This document shows, piece after piece, positions 48,326 to 59,518 of a DNA stretch of 64,000 nucleotides. A model generated the notes under the pieces. The model searched no databases, was not told the origin of the DNA, and saw nothing but the letters and a program-made list of their open reading frames with translations. The translations under genes were made by a program, and so were the position numbers. Every line of letters begins with the position of its first letter. Position 1 is the stretch's first letter. Source of the stretch: Podarcis bocagei. Lineage: Eukaryota. Where the stretch lies: assembly GCA_964188305.1 (NCBI GenBank), contig OZ076885.1, one strand, 5' to 3'.

Positions 48326-51005
48326 TACCATTTTTCACTCTTGTGCTGGACTTTCCTTTTCGGTTTATGGCATGGCATATGTAAAGTATGAAAAAATTAT
48401 AAAGTGCATTTATAGCCCTCTTTTTTCCATGAAGTGGTTTACATACAGATCCCAAGTAGGCTGCGTACACATTGACAGCTTGAAATATGGTGAGGCTTTT
48501 TTGTTCAGCTGTGTTTTAAGTTGCAGTCTTGTGCTGCTGTACAGACCAAAGGGGGTAGGTGGGAAAGTTTTGACCTTATGCTTATAACCTAATTTGTTTT
48601 CCTGTGCCAAACACCAGTTCACTGAAACTGTCACCTGCGCACGTGCTATAATCTGTGCATCTGCAATAGCTGCATGACATGCGCACAGCATTTAAGCGCA
48701 GCATCCATTTTCAAATCGGATGGAAACTAGTTTGAAGGAAAGCATATCAAACAGGATTATTTCTCAAGAAGATACCTATGGAGAGTGGTTAACATTTTGT
48801 AGTCCTTGACTTCAAACACCAGTGGTGGGAGTGCACTGGAATCAGAGTAAGCAGTAATATACACACTGCTATTGTCTCCCATCCAGGCACTGACCACAAA
48901 CTCCTCCTTTTCTGGAGCAAGGTGGCTGCATTATGAGCCTTCAATCCATGTACTTGACTGAGGTACACCTGTCGGTTCAGTTTAGCTGAATGTATATCTT
49001 TCTGTTTGGACCACTGGCAACCTCCGATAGCCACACTACATGTGCTGGTTTGCTTCTTCTGGTTAAATTCTAAAATTGCACCAATCAGAACCGACATGTT
49101 CTCTTTCTTGCATGCCTATCTGTGACCAAGAACTTTAATCGCTCGCTGTGAAAGCTGTTCTTTCCCTTTGTGAGCCAAAAGCATGTGGGGTTTCCTACAC
49201 CTCCTCTTGTCAGTCTAGATGATTCATGAGGCAGAGTAGGCTGTGTGCCCTATATCAATACAATTACATAATCAGTACCTGTAAGTTAAATCACTCTTCA
49301 CACCCACTAGTGAAAAATATGACAATAAAGCTATTCTCATTATGATTTTGCTCCATTGAAAGTAATTATATATAGAAACTATAGTTTCAAGCATTATCTT
49401 CACCCCATACCTAAAACTTTTTGTTCTCCATAGGTAGTGCTGAAAAAAGAATGAGCCTATTTCTGAAGAGGCAAAGTATATAATTTTTTCCCCCATGGCA
49501 CTATAATAAGGCAGGAAAAAAGGAGGTAAGAAAGGGCTTGATTAGTTAATTGAAGGTCCTGTAAATGTCAGCAGTGAGTTCCTGAAACCTGGATCTTTTG
49601 ATTTAGGGGCCACTTCCGCAGTGCAAGCCATAGTTAAACATTAAGTGTGTTTGTGTGTGTATAAAACCTCTCTCCTATATATGACTTTTCCCTAAGCAAA
49701 GGGTCAGGTTCCTGTAAAGATATTCCACAAAAGATGCTTATCGTTGGGGTCTGATCTAGATGTTACACTTTACCAAGTGTTATTTTGGAAAGTGATTTTG
49801 GATATTGTTGATTGTTTGCCTTTTACAGTCCATTGTAGATGTTTGGCTATGTTGTGTGGTACTTTGAAAAAACAACAACAACAACCCAGTTCTGTGGTGG
49901 TGCTGTCACAGGGCTTCTTTTCCCATTAGGGACTTTGAAGAATTCTATCCCATGAGTTCTTGCTAGTGCTTGAGAGGCAGTTGCTGAAGAGGTTGCTGGA
50001 GGTTTTGTACTCAGTGAATAGGGTGCCTCTGTTGCAGAATGTGGGAGTTTGAAGTTCTGCCTTTCACACCCCCTCATTTGTTAGGAGTCCCCCACCCAAC
50101 CGTGGTTTTCATGTCATTATTACTGTTTTCTAAATTACAGTGCAGTATGGTAATTAAAATTAGGCTAGAAGGTCAATGCAATGTGTTGAATGTATCTGTA
50201 CATTATGCTGGCTTTTAAAAAGTTTTAAGACAGGAACATAGGAAGCTGCCTTATACTGAATCAGATCAATGGTCCATTCAGCTCATTATTGTCTACACTG
50301 TAGAGGAGCAGTTTCTGAAGGTTTCAGATGGGGTCTCTCCCAGTGTTACCGAGAGCTGCTGAGGACTGAACCTAGCATCTTCTGCATATAAAGCAAATGC
50401 TTGACCACTGAGCTATGTACAATCCTTCCCTGTAAATATATTTTTTAAAATGTTCTAAAAATCAGACTTAGGCAAATGATTTAGATGCTTCAGTCCAGAA
50501 GAGATGCAAATATGGAAGCAGACTTTGATTACTTGCCGGATCAGGAACTGTGTGTGCGCATTCGGACATGCAAGCAAGTATGCATGTTGCCTATCAAAAG
50601 CTTTTATAGTTTTCAGCAGAGGAGTTCTTTAATGGTCATTCCCACTCTGCTAGAACCAGTCACATGTGTCAAGATCATTCTTTTGCATACCTTGAGCATA
50701 AATGGATGCTGTCACCATTTCCTCTGTTTCTAACATTCAGGCTGTGACTGTGCCATGACTTGTGTAGAGAAATCTCTTATCAACTCACAAGAGGCAGTTA
50801 TCAGAAGGCTTGGGGGAACCCTGCATTTGACAAGGGTAGAAACCTATTGAGGGGGGGGGACAAAACAAAAGGGGTGGAGACCAGTGAGAAGAAGAGAGTA
50901 TGCTCAGTAGATGCAGAATGCTGATTGGCTGTTTTGTGTGTATGTGAAATGGATTGGGGGTGGGGTAGGGCAGGGAGTAGGATAACAAAATGGAATAGTT
51001 CAAAT

Positions 51006-51569
51006 TGTGATGGCCTGGGAATCCGATTCAGAGGCTGAACCAGAGGAACCCCAGCCTGCACAGGAGTCCCCGCCTCCAGGGCCGGCTGAACTGGGGCAGG
51101 GCCTTGGATCTGAAGCACCTGCACCTGTGCCGGATCCTCAGGAGCAGGCACCAGGTGAATCCTCTCTGGCTCCGGAGGTGATTGAGGACACAGTGCCTAC
51201 AGGTGCGCCTCTGGGTCCATTAACCCTCCAGCCTCTCCTGAGCTGCAGAGGCTCAGGGCAGAGAGGCGGAGGGAACTGGTTTCTCCCAGGAGGAGTGCTC
51301 GCCTTAAGGCCAGGAGAGGCGGGTCACCTGGGGGCCGGGGCCGCCCCTGGCCTCAGAGAAGATAAAGGCCAGTCAGCCCGGTCCCAGGTTGCGGGAGCAA
51401 CGTCATTGAAGAGCTGTTTCGGCCAGCACCCTGTCCTGTTCCTCCAGAGTTCCTGTCCTTGCCCTGCTCCTCGCCCTGGACCCCGCTTCACCCGTGGAGG
51501 ACTGTCTGCCGACCCTCGACTCAGGTCCTGGACCTCGCCCCACGGTAACCTCCCCCTGGGACCAGCACA
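51006..51569 (+). mobile_element. Solo LTR (564 bp, probably Gypsy/Ty3) with a decayed ORF in U3
   Basis: TGTG...CACA termini; perfect 5-bp TSD CAAAT; GC-rich block sharply distinct from its flanks. Confidence 0.85.
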
Positions 51570-51937
51570 CAAATCCTGAAAAGGGAACACTCCAGACTGC
51601 ACTATTTTGTTGCCGCAATAATGTGGTAACACTAGGGAAACACTGCAGAACATATACTGTAATAAAGCAGAACAAATCCACCACTAATGCACTGTTATTG
51701 TGTCAGGTCCTAAGAAAATGTTGCAGAATACATCCACAACAAAACGCCAGTCTGGAGGGGTTCTGAGTGACTCTCTGTAGGCCTTGAGTTTCTTTCTTAT
51801 TATAGGCTGGGAGCAAATTGCAGGAATGCAGTTTCACTCAGGTTTACACCTGATGTTCCTAACTCCTGGCAGATAATAGAGGGATGCTTGATTTGGCCTG
51901 ATATATGGCTAGGAGAGACTCAGTGTGGTGTAGGAGA

Positions 51938-52226
51938 GAGCCAGTGTGGTGTAGTGGTTAAGAGCGGTAGTCACGTAATCTGGGTAACCGGGTTCGTGTC
52001 TCCGCTCCTCCACCTGCAGCTGCTGGGTGACCTTGGGCCAGTCACACGTCTGTGAAGTCTCTCAGCCCCACTCACCTCACAGAGTGTTTGTTGTGGGGGA
52101 GGAAGGGAAAGGAGAATGTTAGCCGCTTTGAGACTCCTGAAGGGGAGTGAAAGGCGGGATATCAAATCCAAACTCTTCTTCTTCTTCTTCTTCTTCTTCT
52201 TCTTCTTCTTCTTCTTCTTCTTCTTC
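51938..52226 (+). mobile_element. Squam3-type SINE, full length, long (CTT)n tail
   Basis: Box A gtggtgtagtggtt, box B gggttcgtgtc, CORE-like segment and a (CTT)n tail. Confidence 0.9.
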
Positions 52227-52375
52227 ATGCTTAAGCAAATCTCCCATGCTGGAACTGCTGCTCTGCTCCTTCTGGCTGTCCCAGTTATATCCAGAGCAAA
52301 GTCAAGTCTCTGCTTGAACTGCAGATGGTAGATTTCTAGACTTCTTTTACAGGGTCCCTCTTTTATGATCTAGGA

Positions 52376-53465
52376 CAGTGGTGGCGAACCTAGGGCACAT
52401 GTGCCAGAGAGGGCACTCAGACCCCTCTCTGTGGGCATGCACGCCATTGCCCCAGCAGGGCCGTAGCTTCCGTGCCGGGGTCGGGGGAGGAGGAGGAGAG
52501 GAGAGCTTGCGTGCGCCATCCAAAGCCTGCGGCACCAGGGCCTGCTGAGCGAGCGAGGGACTGAGCAGACATTGACTTTTGATGCACCAGGGCCTCCCGC
52601 CAGTCTGTTTTTCCTACTCGAGAGTAAGCCGCCTTGAGTTTAGCAGGGCTTAACTCCTAGGTCACTAAGCATATAAAGCCTGCAGCCTAAGAAGGGGCTG
52701 CTGGGTTTACATGTTCGTTGCACTTTCCCGCGGAAGCCTACAGAGAAATTAATTCCGTGGAGGCTGTGATCAAATGGCAGCCGAAGAAACGGCAAACAAC
52801 AACAACAACAACAACAACAACGACAACAAATTATTTATACCTTGCCCATCTGGACTGGGTTTATTTATTTATATTTATTTGTATGTGCGCACGCGGATAA
52901 TCATTATTATCTCATATTAAAAATTGGGAGGGTGGCTCTTAGTACAGCCCTCCAATGTACACTAGTGGCCAAAATTGTGGAACCTTCTGGAAAAAATGTA
53001 TTTCCAACGTTTGATGGCTCATAACATCACTTTGTTTTGGAGTAATACCAGTGTGTTTTCTCTGTGGGGACGCAGGGGGACGCATACCCCTTAAAATTTT
53101 GTGAATTTAACGGGAGAAGAAATTCACTGTATTTATTTTTCCTGATTTGAACTGTATTTATTTTTCCCCGGTGGTGATTTTCTTGAGTCAAAATGAGAGT
53201 ACCCCCTAAACATTTTTTTTTAGAAAAAAAGCACTGAGTTATACCATAAAATTATATATCATTGGAGAGATAATTTAATGAAGAATGTAATGCAATAAAT
53301 TTTATGAAGGATTATTAATACAACAGCAGTCATAAAGAAGAAATGTGAAACACACAGAAAAAAATGAGATATTCAAGTTAAATTGCCATGTTGGCACTTT
53401 GCGATAAATAAGTGGGTTTTGGGTTGCAGTTTTGGCACTCAGTCTTTAAAAGGTCACCATCACTG
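52376..53465. mobile_element. Non-autonomous hAT (Charlie-like) element with nested insertions
   Basis: CAGTGGTGGCGAACCT...AGGTCACCATCACTG; perfect TSD ATCTAGGA. Confidence 0.85.
53049..53236. mobile_element. hAT-type MITE nested in the 52376 element
   Basis: CAGTGTGTTTT...AAAAGCACTG; TSD AGTAATAC/AGTTATAC. Confidence 0.85.
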
Positions 53466-54051
53466 ATCTAGGATTTTTGTGATGGTCTATACTTTTAGAC
53501 TGCTTCTCCTAGACAAAGTTCACTGAACTAGTTCAAAAATCTCTGAAAGTGGTTTCTGTAATTCCTAGGTGAACTAAAAGTGAATTAAGTTCATTTTCGG
53601 GTACAACTTTTATAATTCATCCTCTTGGTTCATCCCAGCCTCATAGCTTTCATTTAAAAAGAGTCACACAAACAAAAGTTAGAAAGCAAAATGTGGAGGC
53701 ACCATCCTAAGGTTTATTAGGCAGATACAGAGACACTGCTGTTGCTAAAGCTGCTCACTTAGTCACTTAATCACTGCTGAGCAATTGGAAGGAATGTGAT
53801 GCATTTCCTAGATCTTCCTTGCTGAAGAGATTTTGACCACACCATACATTTAAAGCACATTCAGCACACATTTAAAGCACATAGCGTCCCCTAAAGATTC
53901 ATGGCAATTGTAGTTTCACTAAAATTCCCAGTTCCCCTAATAAACTATGAGAAACTAAAAAAGTAGCCAAGGTAAGTGATAAATTGAACATATGCAAAAG
54001 AAGAGAGAGCCCCCGTATCTTTTAACAGGTACAGTATGTAGAAAAAGGAAT

Positions 54052-54332
54052 TGTTGTAGCAATTCCAGAATAGGTTGTGTAGGTTTCCAGAATACCTGGG
54101 TAGGAATTGAATTTAGGGCAGGAATAAAGCAGTGGAAGGAGAGATGGGGGAATTGAGACTAGAACTAGAACCAGGGAAAAAACTTGATTTAGATATGGCA
54201 GGCAGACTTACAGACAGGGAGGTTCTTTTACTACTTAATGATAGAAATTAGATTGAGTCTCATTATTCTTAAATCAAAAGTTAATCTCAATGGATTTGTG
54301 CCGCCATATGCTGGATGTTCTGTTAAATAACA
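54052..54332. mobile_element. Possible short solo LTR
   Basis: TGTT...AACA termini; TSD ambiguous. Confidence 0.35.
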
Positions 54333-56052
54333 ATTTGCTACTAGTTATGCTGCCTTGTCACTCGAATGAGAGGGGAAGGTCACATCGCTGTCCAGTTTCT
54401 TAGCTGAGCCCACATCCTAGGCCTGATTTGCCCCTGTCTTGCATTGGAAACGTATAGGCCTGTCCAATTTCGCTATCTGTTTCTTTGATTTATTCTGAGG
54501 TGAACCACAGACATAAGAGCATAAAATTAAGCTCCATTTGAACTGTGCAACTGATTGATTAATTTTGCGAGGAAAAAGAAGTCAAGGGCACTAAAGAACA
54601 GGTTGTTCGGCGTGCAATGCAAGTGATATTTATGAACACATAGTAGGTGTGCATAAAGAGTATGTTTGTGTAAAGTGGTATTTTATTGAAGAATGTGATG
54701 TAGGTTGTCATGGAGATTAAAAGCTTTGAAGTGCTTTTCATTGGTGCTAGTTATGGTTGCTGGGCACAAGGATATTAGTTCTGGCACCCTGAATCTTTCA
54801 TTGTTGCAAAAATAATTGCACTTTCATCTGCGCTGCAAGGGCTATTGAAGTAGGATAAATAAATGTAGACACATGAACACATCTAAGTTTAAAGGTAAAC
54901 ACGGTGCCCTTGTGACACGTCTCTGGTCAAAATGATGTGGCTGCAGCTTCCACAAACCACTCAAATGCTTGTTTTCTGTTGCACGGCCGTTCAGGCCATT
55001 TACAAGATGTCATTACAAGCTGTATAGAATCGGCACTTGCTTCAAAAGGCAAAGGCGACGGAGAGGTATCGACAGCCTCTGCGTTGCTGGTAAATATAAA
55101 GGGGCCCTTTAGAAGCAAAAAGGCAAACTGAATGAAAAGCTTGTGTTTCTGTAAGGAGAGTCTGGTATACGGTATTTGTATAACAACTCCAGCCTCACTT
55201 ACAGCTTTTTATATATATCTAAAAAGCAGAGCAATTTCTCCAACGATTAGGCGGACAAATTACATTGACAAGTTTTACTTCTGTGAAAAGCTCTGGACTG
55301 TCTGTACAGGAACACTGTTGTTTTGCCGAATTGCTTTGGGTAACTTCTTAACCAATAAATCAACGGCAGGAGCTGCAACCTTAAGCGGCAGGCGGCCACA
55401 AGCACAAAACAGACATCAAACGAGTTTTCAAAACTGACTAAAAGTGATGGTGATTAACTAGAATTATAGATATTTATATTTAAACTGACACCACAGAATA
55501 CTTTTGAATCTTGACAGATATGTGGAATATTTAAATGCAGTAATTGCAGTTACGGGACCTCCTGGGATTAACCTGTTCGAAGGGTAGTGACATATTACAG
55601 GTTTGGGAAGAAAGGAATACGGAAAGGGATAGAAATGAGATTAATTCATGCATATACAAGTATGTAGTGTTATTAGTATTCTGTTCTAGTCTACCTTTGA
55701 AAACACACAATGTTTTAGAAGTTTCTCTTCGTTCTCTTGTAGCGCAGTCGTGTGAGAGTTTACTCGGATGAAAGGCCCAGGGTGTGTACAGTGGAGCTTT
55801 TTCCTAGGTGGTTGTGGATAGCATTCTGATAAAGTAGCATAATCTGTAGACTAGCTGACAGTTAACAAAACTACCACCACATATCCTATATCTAAACTAT
55901 GGTTTTGGTCTATAGTCAGAATACTTATACAGTGTATAACCAATGTGACTGTATTTCAAAGGGAAAAGGGCTTCTGTTCTTTTAAGATTTAAGATTTGGG
56001 ATTTAATTTGTAAATGCTCATCGGCAACCTATCTATCTGTCATCTATCTATC

Positions 56053-56332
56053 ATGAGGTCCGGCGCCGAGGGCCTTCTGGCGGTTCCCTCATTGCGAGAA
56101 GCAAAGCTACAGGGAACCAGGCAAAGGGCCTTCTCGGTAGTGGTGCCCGCCCTGTGGAACACCCTCCCATCAGATGTCAAAGAGATAAACAACTACCTGA
56201 CATTCAGAAGACACCTGAAGGCAGCCCTGTTCAGGGAAATTTTTAATGTGTGATATTTTAGTGTATTTTTGGGTCTTTGTTGGAAGCCGCCCAGAGTGGC
56301 CGGGGAAACCCAGCCAGATGGGCGGGGTACAA

Positions 56333-56378
<46 letters not shown>

Positions 56379-56380
56379 GT
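56053..56380 (+). mobile_element. L2 3' fragment with (AAT)n tail
   Basis: Highly similar to 654-935. Confidence 0.92.
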
Positions 56381-56385
56381 AATTA

Positions 56386-56613
56386 CAGTGGTACCTTGGG
56401 TTAAGAACTTAATTCGTTCTGGAGGTCTGTTCTTAACCTGAAACTGTTCTTAACCTGAAGCACCACTTTAGCTAATGGGGCCTCCTGCTGCCACCACGCT
56501 GCTGGAGCATGATTTCTGTTCTTATCCTGAAGCAAAGTTCTTAACCTGAAGCACTATTTCTGGGTTAGCGGAGTCTGTAACCTGAAGCGTATGTAACCTG
56601 AAGCGTATGTAAC
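56386..56613 (-). mobile_element. Tigger-like MITE family A, running into the assembly gap
   Basis: Left TIR with TA; right end lost in Ns. Confidence 0.88.
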
Positions 56614-56835
56614 NNNNNNNNNNNNNNNNNNNNNNNNNNNNNNNNNNNNNNNNNNNNNNNNNNNNNNNNNNNNNNNNNNNNNNNNNNNNNNNNNNNNNNN
56701 NNNNNNNNNNNNNNNNNNNNNNNNNNNNNNNNNNNNNNNNNNNNNNNNNNNNNNNNNNNNNNNNNNNNNNNNNNNNNNNNNNNNNNNNNNNNNNNNNNNN
56801 NNNNNNNNNNNNNNNNNNNNNNNNNNNNNNNNNNN
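56614..56835. other. Assembly gap (222 N)
   Basis: Run of N. Confidence 1.
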
Positions 56836-57157
56836 ATCCTTGATCCAAATAAAAGGGGTGGGGTGGGGTAGAATTATGGACTTGTATTTGGATGTCAACA
56901 ACTTAGTGTGGTCGTTGCAAAAAAACTTGCATGCACAAGTCACACAGAAGACGCTTTTCTTGAAGCACCCATAGTGCCATCACACTACACAGTGGAAATA
57001 ACATTTACATGCATTGCTGATCTGGGATGAAGTCACTTTTCCACAGCTGGATTTGTGTGCACTTTAGGTGCCTACAGCTGCACACAGGAATTATATGAGA
57101 CCCAGGACTAATCTATACCGATCAGTTAAAATCTTATAAATGCGTTATAAACATGTG

Positions 57158-57173
57158 ACACCAGAGGGCGCTG
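57158..57173 (+). promoter_or_regulatory. Candidate CTCF site
   Basis: ACACCAGAGGGCGCTG closely matches the CTCF core. Confidence 0.6.
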
Positions 57174-57876
57174 TAGAGCAATGTAAAATCGTCAATGTAA
57201 AATTGCATTGAGAGCTACATAACTTTTTTTAAAAAAGCACTTTTACAATCAGTATAGATCTAGCCCCAGAAGCACGGCGAAATAAAATGCATGCTTGTCA
57301 TTTTTGTATTCCCTGTTGCCACTTCTGGGCAATGTGTGAAGTAGCTCTTCTGGTTGCAGGAAACCAGAATGATGAATATTACTCACTTGACCAGGGTATT
57401 TTTTTATTGCCACTTTTTGGTGATACATACAACCACAGGGAAGAAGTGGAATTGTGTTGTGTGTTAATGTGCAAAGGGCAAATTGCAAATGGACTCTGTA
57501 GCTCTCATGTCCTCTCATCACAGCATTCAGTTGTGATCATTAAAAGAATCCTTCAAATGTATTTGTTTGGTAATCAATTCTGGAATTTCTAGCTGGATAT
57601 TCTAGAATATAATCAAGGCAGCTTACAAACAGTTAAGACAAACTGTGTAGCAAAAATCTCTGGTGATTATGAGTGTACTAAGGGGCTGCATATCAGTGGT
57701 AGAGCACTTACTTGCCATGCAAAAAACCTTAGTCTGGAGCCCCAGAAACCCATAGCCAGACAATAGTGTGTTACTTGGCTCAATGGTCTGACTTGGAGTG
57801 AAGCAGCTTCCAACGTCCCTTTGAACTGCAGATTTCATTATGCGATGAGAAAAAAAGAGCTTGTTATCAAACTTCC

Positions 57877-58559
57877 TGTCATGGGCTCAGGCACTGAGCC
57901 AGAGGGGAAGGAGGAGATGGAGAGCGAAGGGGAATAATCTGAGGGGAGTTCAGGAGGGTATGCCAGTGATCAGAGAGATTCCATGAGTCTCTCCAGCGAA
58001 TCAGAGGATTCCCAGAAAGGGGCCCCCAAAGGCAGGGCAAGGGGGGCCAGTGGGGAGTCTCCAAGCGGCAGCTGGAGATCAGGGGTAGCTTCCCCACCAG
58101 AGCGTAGCGGGGGGAAAGAATCCCAAGGGTTAAAACAAGAGCCTCCTGCAGAAGGAGAGAGTGAGGCTGGACTGACCACGCGCCAAGTTCAAATGTGGAG
58201 GCGCGCGGGCCAGCAGAAAACCTGGATTGGGAGCCAGGTCCTAAAGCCCGCCGGAAGGGTGGGGCGGAGTCAGAAGAATCCGCCTCTGAAGAGAGTAGGA
58301 AGGAGGTAACCCCAGAGGGCAGGAGGACCCGGAGGAGAAAGGAGCAAAAGGAGGAGAGGGATAGGTGGAGCAAAGCTCGGCTCTTGAACTGGTGTATGAG
58401 CGGGGAGGAGTCAGACGGAGCTTCGCCGGTCTAAGGACTCAGACGTAGCGCTGAGCGCCACGGATGTCAAACCAACAATGAACCACAATAAAGACTTTTG
58501 TTTATAAAGAGCAACTGGCGTTGGTCCTCTGTGAGCTGGGACCTGAGGCAGCGCTGACA
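57877..58559 (+). mobile_element. Solo LTR (683 bp, probably Gypsy/Ty3) with a decayed ORF in U3
   Basis: TGTCA...TGACA termini; perfect 5-bp TSD CTTCC; AATAAA at 58487. Confidence 0.9.
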
Positions 58560-58761
58560 CTTCCCTTAAAGTGCAATCTTATGCATGTTTCTTCAGAAGC
58601 AAACCCCTGCTTTATTCAAAGGAACTGACTCCCAATGTGTTTTTTAGGACTGCAGCTTTAAACATATTCGCTTTGCTGTCATCCTATCAGCTTGAATGGA
58701 AGTTCATTGGCTGCATTTTATGTTCTACTAACCTGCCCATGACAACAACAACATCAAATCA

Positions 58762-58812
<51 letters not shown>

Positions 58813-58945
58813 CCTATTGTTGTTGTTAATTTATTTATACCCTGCCCATATGGGCAGCTCCCAACAACAACAACAACAACAACATAATAATAATAATAAT
58901 AATAATAATAAAGTGATAAAGCATCAAACATTAAAAACTTCCCTA
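58762..58945 (-). repeat. L2 3'-tail remnant with (ATT)n, (CAA)n and (AAT)n microsatellites
   Basis: tttatttataccctgcccat...catcaaacattaaaaacttccctaaa plus simple repeats. Confidence 0.75.
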
Positions 58946-59017
58946 AAATGTTTTTAAATATTATTTTATGTTGTTTTTAAGCAGATTGTTTTACTGCATT
59001 GTTGTTTGCTGCCCTGG

Positions 59018-59518
59018 TGTCAAGAACTGGGCAGAGGAGGAGGAATGGTGGAGACCGCCTCCCCATCCTGACCCTTCCAGGGAGGAGGAAGAGGATGACA
59101 GTTTAGAATTACAACAGTGGTTTGCGGGAGGTCACAGCTCAGAGGCAGATGAGGGGAAAAGTTGGGAAATAATGGAAGAGAAGGAGCAGGCAGAGCCGGA
59201 GCAGCAGCTGGCTGGTTGTCATTAGAAAGCATTCCAGACCCACCTTCTCCCAGAACCTGGCAAGCCTTAAAGGTAGGAGAGCAAAAAGCTCAAAGACAGA
59301 GGGCACATAGTAGCACCCGTAGAAGAGACAAGGTGAATGATGAATGAGAAAGTGGGAGAGAAGGGCGTGGAGATTCACTCGGGATGCCATTATCCAAGAG
59401 GCTGGGTTCTAGAGCTTCTCTCTGTAAAGTTTGAAATAAAAAAGGACGGTAAGAAACTTTTCCTTGTCTTTATATTATCCTGGGCAACAAACTGGGAGCC
59501 ACTGACAGCTTCCTGACA
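59018..59518 (+). mobile_element. Solo LTR (501 bp, probably Gypsy/Ty3) with a decayed ORF in U3
   Basis: TGTCA...TGACA termini; TSD CCTGG/CCTGA; AATAAA at 59435. Confidence 0.82.

Noticed and set aside
56522-56943. ORFs spanning X runs
   Set aside because: Artefacts of the N gap.
57877-59518. Two adjacent LTRs as one full element
   Set aside because: They differ in sequence and each has its own TSD; the sequence between them is unrelated repeats.
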